Positions 1 to 10,110 of a DNA stretch of 64,000 nucleotides are shown here, one piece after another. The DNA is taken from assembly GCA_965649765.1 (NCBI GenBank), contig OZ287754.1, positions 33,108,001 to 33,172,000 of the forward strand, in the 5' to 3' direction. The notes under the pieces were generated by a model. That model saw only the letters and a list, made by a program, of their open reading frames with translations, was not told where the DNA came from and ran no database searches. The stretch comes from Bispira polyomma. Taxonomy: Eukaryota. The translations under genes and the position numbers were made by a program. Every line of letters begins with the position of its first letter. Position 1 is the first letter of the stretch.

Positions 1-469
1 GCTTTTTCCACAGAACCATCACTTTTTACATTGAAGTCAAATAGGCAACAATGCCATCTTTAAAATTTTACTTTTACTTCCCACCCACTCCCCTACTACT
101 GCCTCTGCAGTTTTCAGCTATTCGCACGTCCGTTGGAGCGCTGTTGCTGTCCCTGGGCTTCCTTAAGTCCCCCTTTACATCTTGGCGCAGGGGGGTGGGG
201 GACCGGGGCTGTGGGCCCTAAGTTATGCATTACTGCTGGCCTTCACAGTCTCGGACCCTTGGGTGCCTTCAGGGACTCCAGGTGACATGTCTCCCATCTT
301 TACTGGGTAACTCCAGGGCCCCTATGGGGCCACGCTTTCTTTTAGGTAGCTGCTTGCTGTTGAGATGGATCCCCTTTTGTTGTCATCAACTGTGTTTTAC
401 ATTTTTGTTTTCAGGGCACTGCCCTTCACGCATATTTTTCAGTGTTTTCTTATAATGTTGTTTTCCCTC

Positions 470-1310
470 ATGCAGGGCATGAGGTTATTTAACCAGGGCT
501 ACAATTGTGCGTGCACTCATCAGTATAATGTTGTAGTAATTATGGTTAAGCTAATGTTAATGATTGTAGTGTAAATGCACAACTTTTAAGTTGTTGCTAG
601 TGTGGGGTATTGAGTATATAGTGTCTGGTCATGTAGGTTCTCGTGATGTTACTATGTAGACACATATTAAACACTAAGTATGTAGTTTCAGGGGTATGGC
701 ATGCATGGCTAAGCTATGGTGTCCAGGAAGAGACCTCTGGCACAGCATGGACTCTCGCCTGAAAAGAAAAGATCAACTCGATTTCTTACTAATTGTCTGC
801 ATGCATGTTTTTCCATGGCTATGGTTATTGTATGTGCTAAGGGTGTAAGGTTTTAATTTCGCTACTCATGGACTCTATTCGAGCAGCTTTTTTAGTGTTT
901 TAGCTAGTCACCATAGTCTTTAAAAACTCATTTTACCCTTTTTGGGGCTCTATTTTCTATTTACATACCTTTTACAATATTAATATATACTTAAATGTTA
1001 AACATAAATCTTTTGGGCCACCTTACCACCTTATTTCATCTTAAATCAATTCATTACATGTAATAAATATACTTTGGCAACCTTAACTGAAACTAAGGTT
1101 ACCTCCTAATTCAAATTTTCAATCTACCTTACCTAACCATAAGTTTTAGGCTAAGGTAACCTTAAACTCACTTTGAGGTAACCCTAACTTCAAGCTAGGG
1201 CTACCTTAAACTAAAAATTTTCCCAACCTTAATCTGAAAATCCTCAGGCTAAGGTCACCCTAAACTTTTTTCTCAGGTTAATCTCTTGGTGGTAGGGTGG
1301 CCCTCTTAAC
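470..1310 (+). mobile_element. Probable 3' non-coding end of a DIRS/Ngaro-like element (palindrome array; ORFs outside the window or decayed)
   Basis: GGGCATGAGGTTATTTAA at 475 resembles the GGGCATAAGGTnnnCTTA motif at the 3' end of the other YR elements. Array of TAAGGTNACCTTA-like palindromes at 1076-1305 (perfect copy 1152-1164). No ORF evidence. Confidence 0.4.
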
Positions 1311-1868
1311 ATAGTATGTAAATAAATGTTAGATATAACATAGATGCATTAAACTAATATCCCCAACTCTGCCTTTTTACTTACCCGTGTCACATACCAT
1401 ATTAGCTTCTAGGGTAGGGCACTGATGGGCCTTTCACCTTATCAACACAGCTATGTCAGCAGTTAGGAGGACTTCGAAAAGGTAGATTAAAATTCCATAC
1501 AACATCTTATGGGTAAGCTACAGTTTAGATATATGACAACATATTCAGGGTTATATATACTTGGTAATGTAGCCAATGTCAACAGTTTGATTTTGTTTTC
1601 TTGTTGTATATATTATTTTTGCAAGTCATGATATCAGGCATCAAGATCAAAACTAGGGCCTGTATTACTCAGAACTGCAGCATAAAAACTAAAAAGGTCG
1701 TTATAAACAGGTGGTCTTAATATAATGACAATAACTAAACTGTCAATAATGAGAATTCAAGCAAGAGGTCTTCATATGAAGGTGATCTCTTTATAAAATT
1801 TGGTCTCACAAATAGGTTTCATTCATCTGACTACAGTTTTATGCATGTTTGATTCCATCTTCCTGTAG

Positions 1869-2009
1869 GCTTGTTCAAGATGGATCACATGAGGTATGAG
1901 CTAGACAGAGAAGACGATGTGTTTAAGGAGCCCAGTCTAACACAAATAGTAGAAAAGAGTTTAAAAATACTACAAAGGTCATCTGATGGATATTTCCTCT
2001 TTATGGAGA
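1869..2009 (+). CDS. Alkaline phosphatase, internal exon (GLFKMDHMRYELDR...EPSLTQIVEKSLKILQRSSDGYFLFME)
   Basis: Matches the AP segment GLF...EPSL.EM...AI.IL...GFFL.VE. Acceptor ctgtag at 1868, donor gtatgt at 2010, phase 1. Confidence 0.9.
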
Positions 2010-2652
2010 GTATGTTAAACTTACAAAGATACAGTAGAATCTTTTTAGCCGAAGACCTCAGAAGAAAGACGATTATGTGTTGATGGCAGGTGGTTAGAGG
2101 AGGGAGTTGGGTATAAAACAAAACATTGGGGAGAGTAAGAATGAGAAAAAAAAACAATAAAAACAAAATAAACAATTTAAAAAATATAGGTCATTAGAAT
2201 TTCTTCTTTCTATAATTGTATGGACAAGTCTAAATAATGTTATATCATTATGATCGGCTGTGAGCCAGTAGAACAATATCATTCAAGTATGTCTGTTTCC
2301 AATGTTGTTCTGGTTATTATAAAATATGTACAAAAACATCAGATTCATTTAAAATTCCAAGCAAAGTGCCATAACATTGCACAATATTCTGAAGATTCAA
2401 ATATAAATAGTTTGAATTGATTATATTTCATATGTTTTTAACAAGAATGGGCCACTGTAAACTTTTTTTGTCTTTTGTTTATGATTCACTACAGCAACGC
2501 ATAAAACACTCACTATGATGTGTTTTAGAGAAACTCTAGTTTCACACACGTGTTCCAGTTGATGCAAGTTAGAAACAAAAACTTTGCAACTACTTTTTTT
2601 ACTTTAATATATATTTACTAAAAATGGAGGTGTATATTTGCTGTTCATACAG

Positions 2653-2841
2653 GTGGTCGTATTGATCATGCTCGCCATGGAAACCTGACCAGAAAAGCTT
2701 TGCACGATACCATGGCTATGTCTTATGCATTGCAGAGAATGCTGGAACTGACCAGTGAGGATACTCTAGTAGTGGTCACAGCTGACCACTCTCACGCTTT
2801 TAGACTGCAAGGATATTCAGAGAGTCACACCAATATATTGA
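2653..2841 (+). CDS. Alkaline phosphatase exon with metal ligands (SGRIDHARH...DTLVVVTADHSH)
   Basis: GRIDH and TADHSH AP signatures. Acceptor atacag at 2652, donor gtaagt at 2842, in frame with the previous exon. Confidence 0.93.
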
Positions 2842-2849
2842 GTAAGTGT

Positions 2850-3905
2850 GGGGTTGCTTGCCATGTGGTTAGACATTGGTCTGCTAATTAGAAGGTTCAC
2901 TTTCTAGTCCTGTTTAGGGAGCTGGTTTTGTGATCAGAAGGTTGTCAGTTCCACTCCGGTTTAGAGAACTGTTCTGGTGATCAGAAGGTCGCTGGTTCCA
3001 CTCCAGTTTAGAGAGCTGTTCTGGTGATCAGGAGGGCCACGGTTCCACTCCAGTTTAGCGAGCTGTTCTGGTGATCAGAAGGTCCATGGTTCCACTCTGG
3101 TTTAGAGAGCTGTTCTGGTGATCAGAAGGTCCACAGTTCCACTCCGGTTTAGAGAGCTGTTCTAGTGATCAGAAGGTCCACGGTTCCACTCCAGTTTAGA
3201 GAGCTGTTCTGGTGATCAGAAGGTCCATGGTTCCACTCTGGTTTAGAGAGTTGTTCTGGTGATCAGAAGGTCCACGGTTCCACTCTGGTTTAGAGAGCTG
3301 TTCTGGTGGTCAGAAGGTTCACCGTTCCACTCCAGTTTAGAGAGCTGTTCTGGTGATCAGAAGGTCCACCGTTCCACTCCAGTTTAGAGAGCTGTTCTGG
3401 TGATCAGAAGGTCCACGGTTTCACTCTGGTTTAGAGAGCTGTTCTAGTGGTCAGAAGGTTCATGGTTCCACTCCAGTTTAGAGAGCCGTTCTGGTGATCA
3501 GAAGGTCCACCGTTTCACTCCAGTTTAGAGAGCTGTTCTGGTGATCAGAAGGTCCACGGTTTCACTCTGGTTTAGAGAGCTGTTCTAGTGGTCAGAAGGT
3601 TCATGGTTCCACTCCGGTTTAGAGAGCTGTTCTGGTGATCAGAAGGTCGCAGGTTTCTGTTCGGTTTAGAGAGCTGTTCTGGTGATCAGAGGGTACCCGG
3701 TACCACTCTGGTTTAGACAGATGGTCTTGTGATCTAAAGGTTCTCTACTCTCAGTGGTGCCATAATGATTGATAGGGGATGACACCATTGGGCCATGCCT
3801 ACTAATGAGAACCAATCCTCTGTTGTAGGACTATTCCCTTCTTGAAGAGGATGGTCTAAGAGGATTGAATCATCAATTTGACGCTCTATAAGGGCTTTAA
3901 AATAA
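2850..3905 (+). mobile_element. Probable tRNA-derived SINE with a tandemly amplified head
   Basis: tRNA-like 5' part GGGGTTGC-TTGCCATGTGGTTAGAC, then the 47-bp array, then about 150 bp of unique body/tail. Confidence 0.45.
2911..3755 (+). repeat. 47-bp minisatellite, about 18 copies (AGTTTAGAGAGCTGTTCTGGTGATCAGAAGGTCCACGGTTCCACTCC)
   Basis: gtttag recurs every 47 bp from 2912 to 3711. Confidence 0.97.
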
Positions 3906-3992
3906 TCATTATGCAGCTAGCAAAAATGTAAATATGCTTAGGTTTTACTTATTTCATACTTAGTAAAAAGTTTTGTGGCAACTCCAAGCTAC

Positions 3993-4133
3993 ATGTACAT
4001 TTTATAAAACAGGTTTAAACTATCAATGAGTTTGAGAAACGTGTACATCTTATAAAACAGGTTTAAACTATCAGTGAGTTTGAGAAATGTGTACATTTAT
4101 ATAAATCAGGTTTAAACTATCAGTGAGTTTGAG
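3993..4133. repeat. About 48-bp tandem repeat, 3 copies
   Basis: tgtacat..tataaaacaggtttaaactatcagtgagtttgag occurs three times. Confidence 0.9.
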
Positions 4134-4264
4134 GAATTTGTAAATGGTATAAGGATAAACAATCCTGCAATTCTTTAGACAATTAATACACTTTTGGTAG
4201 CACACAATAACACTTCTATTGTGTAAATACCAAATATCTTCATATTCTACACTGATTATTACAG

Positions 4265-4372
4265 CTGACAAGGATTTTGTGACTGATGCTGGAATTCCCT
4301 TGTCCTCGGCATCCCATGCTGGAGAAGATGTGGCTATATTTGCTAGTGGTCCAATGGCTCATCTGTTTCAGG
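4265..4372 (+). CDS. Alkaline phosphatase exon (DKDFVTDAGIPLSSASHAGEDVAIFASGPMAHLFQG)
   Basis: Matches the AP motif P....H.GEDVA.FA.GP.AHL..G including the Zn-ligand His. Acceptor ttacag at 4264, donor gtaagt at 4373. Not in the ORF track; translated by hand. Confidence 0.92.
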
Positions 4373-5102
4373 GTAAGTAAATTTTAGAGCATCTGAGGGG
4401 TTAAACTGCTTCTGATTTTCTTGCTTTGGCTGATTTCACATATTTTGTGGCATATTTCAAAGTTTATTACTTGACATACCAGTATTTTGGAATGTGTGGC
4501 ATATAAAAAATCAGGGCTAGGAAGTTTAATGTACTGGTCAGATTTGATATGTGACCTTCACCTCAAGGTCAAACTGTCACGGAAATATTTTATTAGTGAC
4601 TAGCATTGTTAAATCTACAGATTCACTATATACAGTTTTAACTTTTCAGCTTATAGCAGAAGGTCAACTTAAGTTCAGTAAATTGTAGTTTTAAGGTTGA
4701 CTTAAGGTCCCCTTAATAATTGAACTGAAAATAAGGTTGACTTAAGGTCACCTTAAATTAAATTTTAAAAATGAGAGGTCGTTTTAAGGTGGCCCTAACT
4801 TGAGTTTAAGAGTACGAACTTCTAAGTTTTGAATTCGGTATGCATGTGATGGCACCATGTGGTGACCCTAAATTGAGTTTAAGGTTATTTAGATTTAAAG
4901 CTTTGAAGATAAGATTTGAAGATAAGATTTGAAGATAAGATGTGAAAGAGTACATTATGTACTGATGTGTAAGTTGACCTTATGCCCAAGGACAGTCAGT
5001 ATTCTGTACTGCCCAGTTTTTATTTTCTTGTAACATTAACGTTTGTATATTTTCTTTTAACAGGTGACCTAAAGATGCCAGACCACCAAACACCAGAATT
5101 TC

Positions 5103-6078
5103 CTAGGAGTTGGACTGTTGGGCTTTTCTGGAAGAATCAGCGACCTGGATACCAGTCGGAGCAGAATCTGTTATATATCTCCACACGCAATCAGACGTCC
5201 AGATGCCATAACGTTGAATGTCCTGCACCTTCACGTTATTATTAAACACAAAGGTGGCACCTGAACGCCTGAAAGCATGGAAAGTGAGATTTGCCAGGTG
5301 GGGGTCCAGGAGTAGTAGAACATTTTTCAGGTGTCTTTTCACACGAGTGTCAGTCAAGGCCACCCAGGAACTACCTAGTTTAAACTGAAACAGAGAAACA
5401 TTGGAACCAGAGGGGGTTAATGCTAACACATTTTTAATGCAGTCACAGGACACAGCGTGGAATTAGCTACCACTGGGATAGTTATCAATCTAATGGTGTC
5501 ATTAGATCGCATAGTTTTGGACCATTTAATTAGCAAAGTAAAATAGCCAGGTTTGAAAAGCACATCCCCTCTGGCCAAATGTTTTAAAGGAGCAAAAGCT
5601 GCCAGAGTGTGGGCACAAGTTAGATAGTCTCAGAAAGCTGAAAAAGCTTGTTAAATATACTGCTTTAAAAATTTGCTCCATGTAAGTGCTGTTACACTTG
5701 GCTACTAACGAAGTTAACAGGGGCATGTCAAAAAAACTCTTTAGTTTTGCTGGTATAGGTTTGTTGATAAGCTTGACTATAGTACGAGTTGCGCGGATCT
5801 GTGAAGCAGTCCACATTTATATGAAATAGAATACACTTGGCCTTCACAGCAGACAAGTGGTTTGCAATTTGGGAGGCTGACATGGAGTTATAGTACAGGA
5901 ACTCTAAAAATGATAAAATTCTAAATACATTTACCTGGAACAGAGGCCACTGCATAAAGGCCCAATAGGCCAGAAAGAGCCTGAACATATAGTCATAAGC
6001 CCTAGCTGTCGACACAGCAAAGGCAAAGTGTAACCTCTTGCAAGCTCCACTTGTAAGCAGTGAGTCCATAGGATGCAT
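5103..6078 (-). pseudogene. Tyrosine recombinase ORF of E1, frameshifted
   Basis: ORFs 5728-6078, 5526-5816 and 5103-5453 together give the R...HxxR...W...Y catalytic residues. Confidence 0.88.
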
Positions 6079-6128
6079 ATCTGAAGTACAAACAATTATA
6101 CAAACATGTGTAGCTAATTTATATTGTA

Positions 6129-7425
6129 TTATCTATCCCCAACAGGGAGCCATTTTACTGGTTCAGCCCACTCAGCAAGCCAATACTCATTATTAGTAGT
6201 CTTATCCCAACGCAAGAGCAGATCAGCAATTTTATTTTTTACCACTAATATGTATAATACCCTTATGTCGATATCAAATCTGCTAGCCCACATGTGAATA
6301 TTCTGGGTATAAGCAGCCAGTATTGGATCCTGGGTACGCCCAGTTTCCAATATGCTCACAACTGCTTGATTATCGCACTTAAATAAGACTTTTTTACCCT
6401 GACACACATGGGACCAGAGTTTGAGGGCCACAAGTATGTTTATCATCTCTAAGGATGCTATGTTGTCATGTGACATATGCTCAGGTATGGTGAGTTTGTA
6501 TACTTCATTACCACAGATACCCCCCATCTCAGTGAGGCAAGAGTCCAGCTCCACCTGATTTGTGCGAGAAGAAGCAAACCCCATTTAACTGACTCATAAA
6601 TGTCCTGAACCATTTAAGATCATGGTTGAAATCTTCAGTTATCCGAAACCGATTTTTACCATAATTGTCCCTAAGCAATTGCTGCATGCGATTAAGGAAC
6701 ACACAAGTATATTTTATGCATTTTGCCACATACAGTAAGGAACCTAATAGAGATTGCAGCTCTTTCTTTGTGCAAAACGTTTTGCCTTGCCAAGTAGCAC
6801 AATTTTCTTTAATCTCAGTTGATTTTTCACTGGGAATGGAATTTGTAAAATTTTCTGTGTCTATAAGTATGCCCAGACACACGACCTGTGTACTGGGTGC
6901 CACCAACTTCTTTTTACTGAGAGTTAGGCCAAGTTCGCTTTAAAGGGCTTGCAAACGCTCATAAATAGGTGTAATTTTACTGGGCAGTGATACTGCCAAA
7001 AAAATCGTTGATGTAGTTATGAATACCAAATTCTTTTTTCATTATGTATCTCACTGCATCGGATAAACATTGAAAGATTGTTGAGCCATTCTGATAACCG
7101 AACGGCAAGCTTTTATCTATATAGCACTGGTTTCATTTTAAACCTAGTAAGTCTATGTCTCCTGGGTCAATCGGAACATGACGGAACGTGACGGAGCGCC
7201 CGACTGATGTCAACTTTTAAAATGTGAGACCCTCTACCCAGTTTTGTGACTTCATTGGTAATATTATCAATGGAGAGACAAGATAACAGAAATTCAGTTT
7301 CCAGATAAGAACTCACTGAAGCATCTGCATTTACCGACTGCCCGAGTGGCCAACTCAAGCTATTATTACTCTCCTATTGGTAGAACTCGATTATCCCGGG
7401 TCATCATGGGGGAGAAATAAAGGTT
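6129..7425 (-). pseudogene. RT/RNase H ORF of E1, disrupted
   Basis: ORF fragments 7167-7358, 6529-6906 and 6129-6584; YxDD is changed to YIND. Confidence 0.88.
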
Positions 7426-7844
7426 TGAATTGGGGGGCTCTCAAAAGGGCCTAGAATAGCACCAAAATTGACACTCCTCTTTGAGGTATGTATGTAGGCT
7501 CATGGACTGGAGCTGAAGCAGTATCTGGTTGGAACCAATATTCAAACCTCCATCCAGAGCCGGAGCAGTGACCTCCTCACTTTGGTCGGCACTGCCAGTA
7601 GATCCAGAAGTACTAGCTTCAAGTACACACACCGCCCTCACAGGCCGTTCGTGTTTACCCAGACATTTCGAACACTTGAAAACTGGAGGCATTATAACAT
7701 TTAAAAATTGTTAAACAAGTTAAAAACCCTAAAACCAGTAAAATTTTAAACTCAAAAGTTAAAATTTCCAAGATGTCCGTTTAAAAGTTGTTATTCTGAG
7801 AACATTACTGTGTAAAAGGCTGGAGAATTTAATTTGGGGCCGCC

Positions 7845-7853
7845 TTTTATATA
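7845..7853 (-). promoter_or_regulatory. TATA box upstream of E1 gag
   Basis: TATATAAAA on the minus strand about 150 nt before the ATG at 7692. An equivalent TATATAA occurs in E3 at 14411-14417. Confidence 0.5.
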
Positions 7854-8499
7854 GCCACAATCACTAGAGAGGAAGACTGGTACCCCAGAACTGAAAGCGT
7901 TATCACTGGGGCGCTGCCTTATACTGTGTGTGTGATGCTAGTTGAAGGCGCCTCACCATTAACACCGCACCCGGGACACCAGCTCCTACTGATGTCATAC
8001 TTCTACTGGTGGCAAAACTGGTTGGAAATATGTAAACAGATATTGTACAAACACTGACAAATAGACTTCATTTACAGGTGTTTAACACTGGCAACATAAG
8101 TGAATCGTGCAATAACAAAACAAATAATAAAATAAGCAAACAAAGTTGTACATTTTTTGTAAATCAACTACGTGTATTTTTAAACAAAATAGTTTATTTT
8201 ATTTTTAATTTTGTATTAAAGGTTTGCTTTTTGTATCACAATGGCTTTTTATCAAATTAAATAAAGTTTTAAAAAATACAGTTGCATTCATGTTTGTTAC
8301 ATATATGTTTTATAAATTTAGATAAAGTTTAAAACTATTAATTTGTTATTCATATTTGTCACATACACATATTAAGGTGTTCTTGCGATGGTGCAGTAAC
8401 TTATGGAAATTTTAAAAAATTTTAAAATAATTTAGATTTGGGTCAAGATATTTAATGTTTTAAAAATTGACTATTTTTTATGCTTGGAAAAATTTAATG

Positions 8500-9825
8500 C
8501 ATATATTAATCATTCTGCTATCCAATACCCAGAAAGTGTGGATGAATACTTTTTAACAGAGTGTCTAGTGTCAGAGTGTTGGTCCATTTAATACACCAAT
8601 TTATTCACCTCCAGTTTTCTCCTGTAATGACACACCCTAAAAGTGACAACACAAGTAGGATTTGTCATGACCATTCCTCTGTAGACAGTGCAGTATTGGA
8701 CGGGGTATACGATTTATCCCAGGTTTTTAGGAACCTAAGGATTGATCCTGCTAACTACAATTATGCAGCCTTAAATTGGAGAATTAAAACTTACATTGAT
8801 TTGTTGGTAACGATGGGCTACAAACATGGAACAGCTCTGTGTGAAAAGCCCACTGATTCTATACATAGACTTATGACAACTAAATACTATCTGACATAGA
8901 ATTACATCAATGATCACAGACACACCTAAAATATCAAAACAGTCCTTTGATACTTTATACTCGCTCATCGAACATCTGGGACTTCTTAAAAATTCTAACA
9001 AAGTAGAAAAACCCTCAGAATCCATCATGTGTATGGGCATAATTTTAAACGCATGTACAGGAGTATTAAAAATACTTCAAAAATTTGTAATTACTGGCAT
9101 GGCCTCTCAAAATGTACCAGAAACAGCTTCATTCTCTATTAGGAAAACTCCTTTCCATTCATAGATGTGTGAAACCTTTCTAAGATTTTTCCTACTAGAA
9201 TCCTTGCACTTCTGTGTCAACCATACACCATTCCCACTATTGAACTAATCACTGATTTCAAACATGACCTTAATTGGTTTTTGCGTGTTCCTACAATAAT
9301 TTAACGCTGTAATCAAAATGCAAACAAAAGAAACTGCCAACCATCAAATGTTTATTGATGCGTTCCCCACTGGAGTGAGGGAAATGTACAAAAACAATTT
9401 CTATGCTGCCACCCTCCCTTACAATAAACAAATAAACTTCTGCATTTTCAACTATCAAATTTAGAATATATACTAGTGGCACTTAGAAAATAGGCTATCT
9501 TCTGAATGTATACTTTTTACAAAAACCTTAAATGTTACACATGGCATCAAAAATAATCTGATACAACAGGCACGTTTAGACTATTTTATTTTACGTGACA
9601 CCTTTATTTGCAATATTTGGCCTGGAGACAGGAATTTATTCTCAGTGCTCCGGAAAGGACGGCCAAATTCTTTAAACTCAAGCGGACAATAATTTGGTGC
9701 AAGTTTGATAGAAAATAACAGATTGCGGTTAATACATTTATTAAAATATGGCAGCTACTATTGTTATATACAGTTGTTGGCGCGGGCATAAGGTTATCTT
9801 AAAGTCAAGTGAACTCATATTCAGT
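8500..9825 (+). mobile_element. Highly degenerate DIRS-type RT/RNase H fragment E2
   Basis: PK....R..D.S, FRNLRIDP, MGYKHGTALCE, NYIND, LGLLKNSNKVEKPS...CMGI, QLHSLLGKLL, DLNWF motifs; ends with GGGCATAAGGTTATCTTA. Confidence 0.75.
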
Positions 9826-9839
9826 GAGATTTAAGTGGA

Positions 9840-10096
9840 TTTGAATTTGAATTTGGATATTTAACGTCCACTTTAGTACCTTTTAGTAGGTTATATTGGG
9901 ATGGGTAGTTGGAAACGCTGGAGGAAACACTGCATATAGTCGGTCAAGGATCTGCAGAGAAATCAGCGGCCCACAGTAAGGAACTACCACCTTTCCCACA
10001 TAGGCATTGACGAGATTCGAACTCACGCCGCCCAGAGGTGAGAGACCAGTGATTGTGAAGCGCAATGCTTGCTAACCACTAGGCCACCGTGGCCCC
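9840..10096 (-). mobile_element. tRNA-derived SINE, full length, with 14-bp TSD
   Basis: Minus strand GGGGCCACGG-TGGCCTAGTGG (A box) ... GAGTTCGAATCTC (B box), (CAAATT)n tail. TSD gagatttaagtgga at 9826-9839 and 10097-10110. Confidence 0.92.
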
Positions 10097-10110
10097 GAGA
10101 TTTAAGTGGA

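Larger units (their letters stand above)
4640..7935 (-). mobile_element. Degenerate tyrosine-recombinase retrotransposon E1 (DIRS order, Ngaro-like: gag-RT-RNaseH-YR, no methyltransferase domain seen)
   Basis: gag start at 7692 with CSKC...H.RP...C finger; RT (KVDISRA, LPFG, NYIND); RNase H (ELDSCL, LEMINILVAL, CDNQAVV, NKIADLL); YR (FFSFLRLSNL, HAFRRSGAT, GIWTSD, WRYI). Frameshifts, and an internal deletion near 7440-7500. Confidence 0.9.

Noticed and set aside
7877-7915. Hairpin near the E1 5' end as a hammerhead ribozyme
   Set aside because: No CUGANGA/GAAA core in the required arrangement, and the stem is not kept in E3.
10010-10096. SINE heads (also about 11020-11100, 2850-2910 and 25247-25310) as tRNA genes
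   Set aside because: They continue into SINE bodies with tails or TSDs and lack a proper acceptor stem and poly-T terminator.
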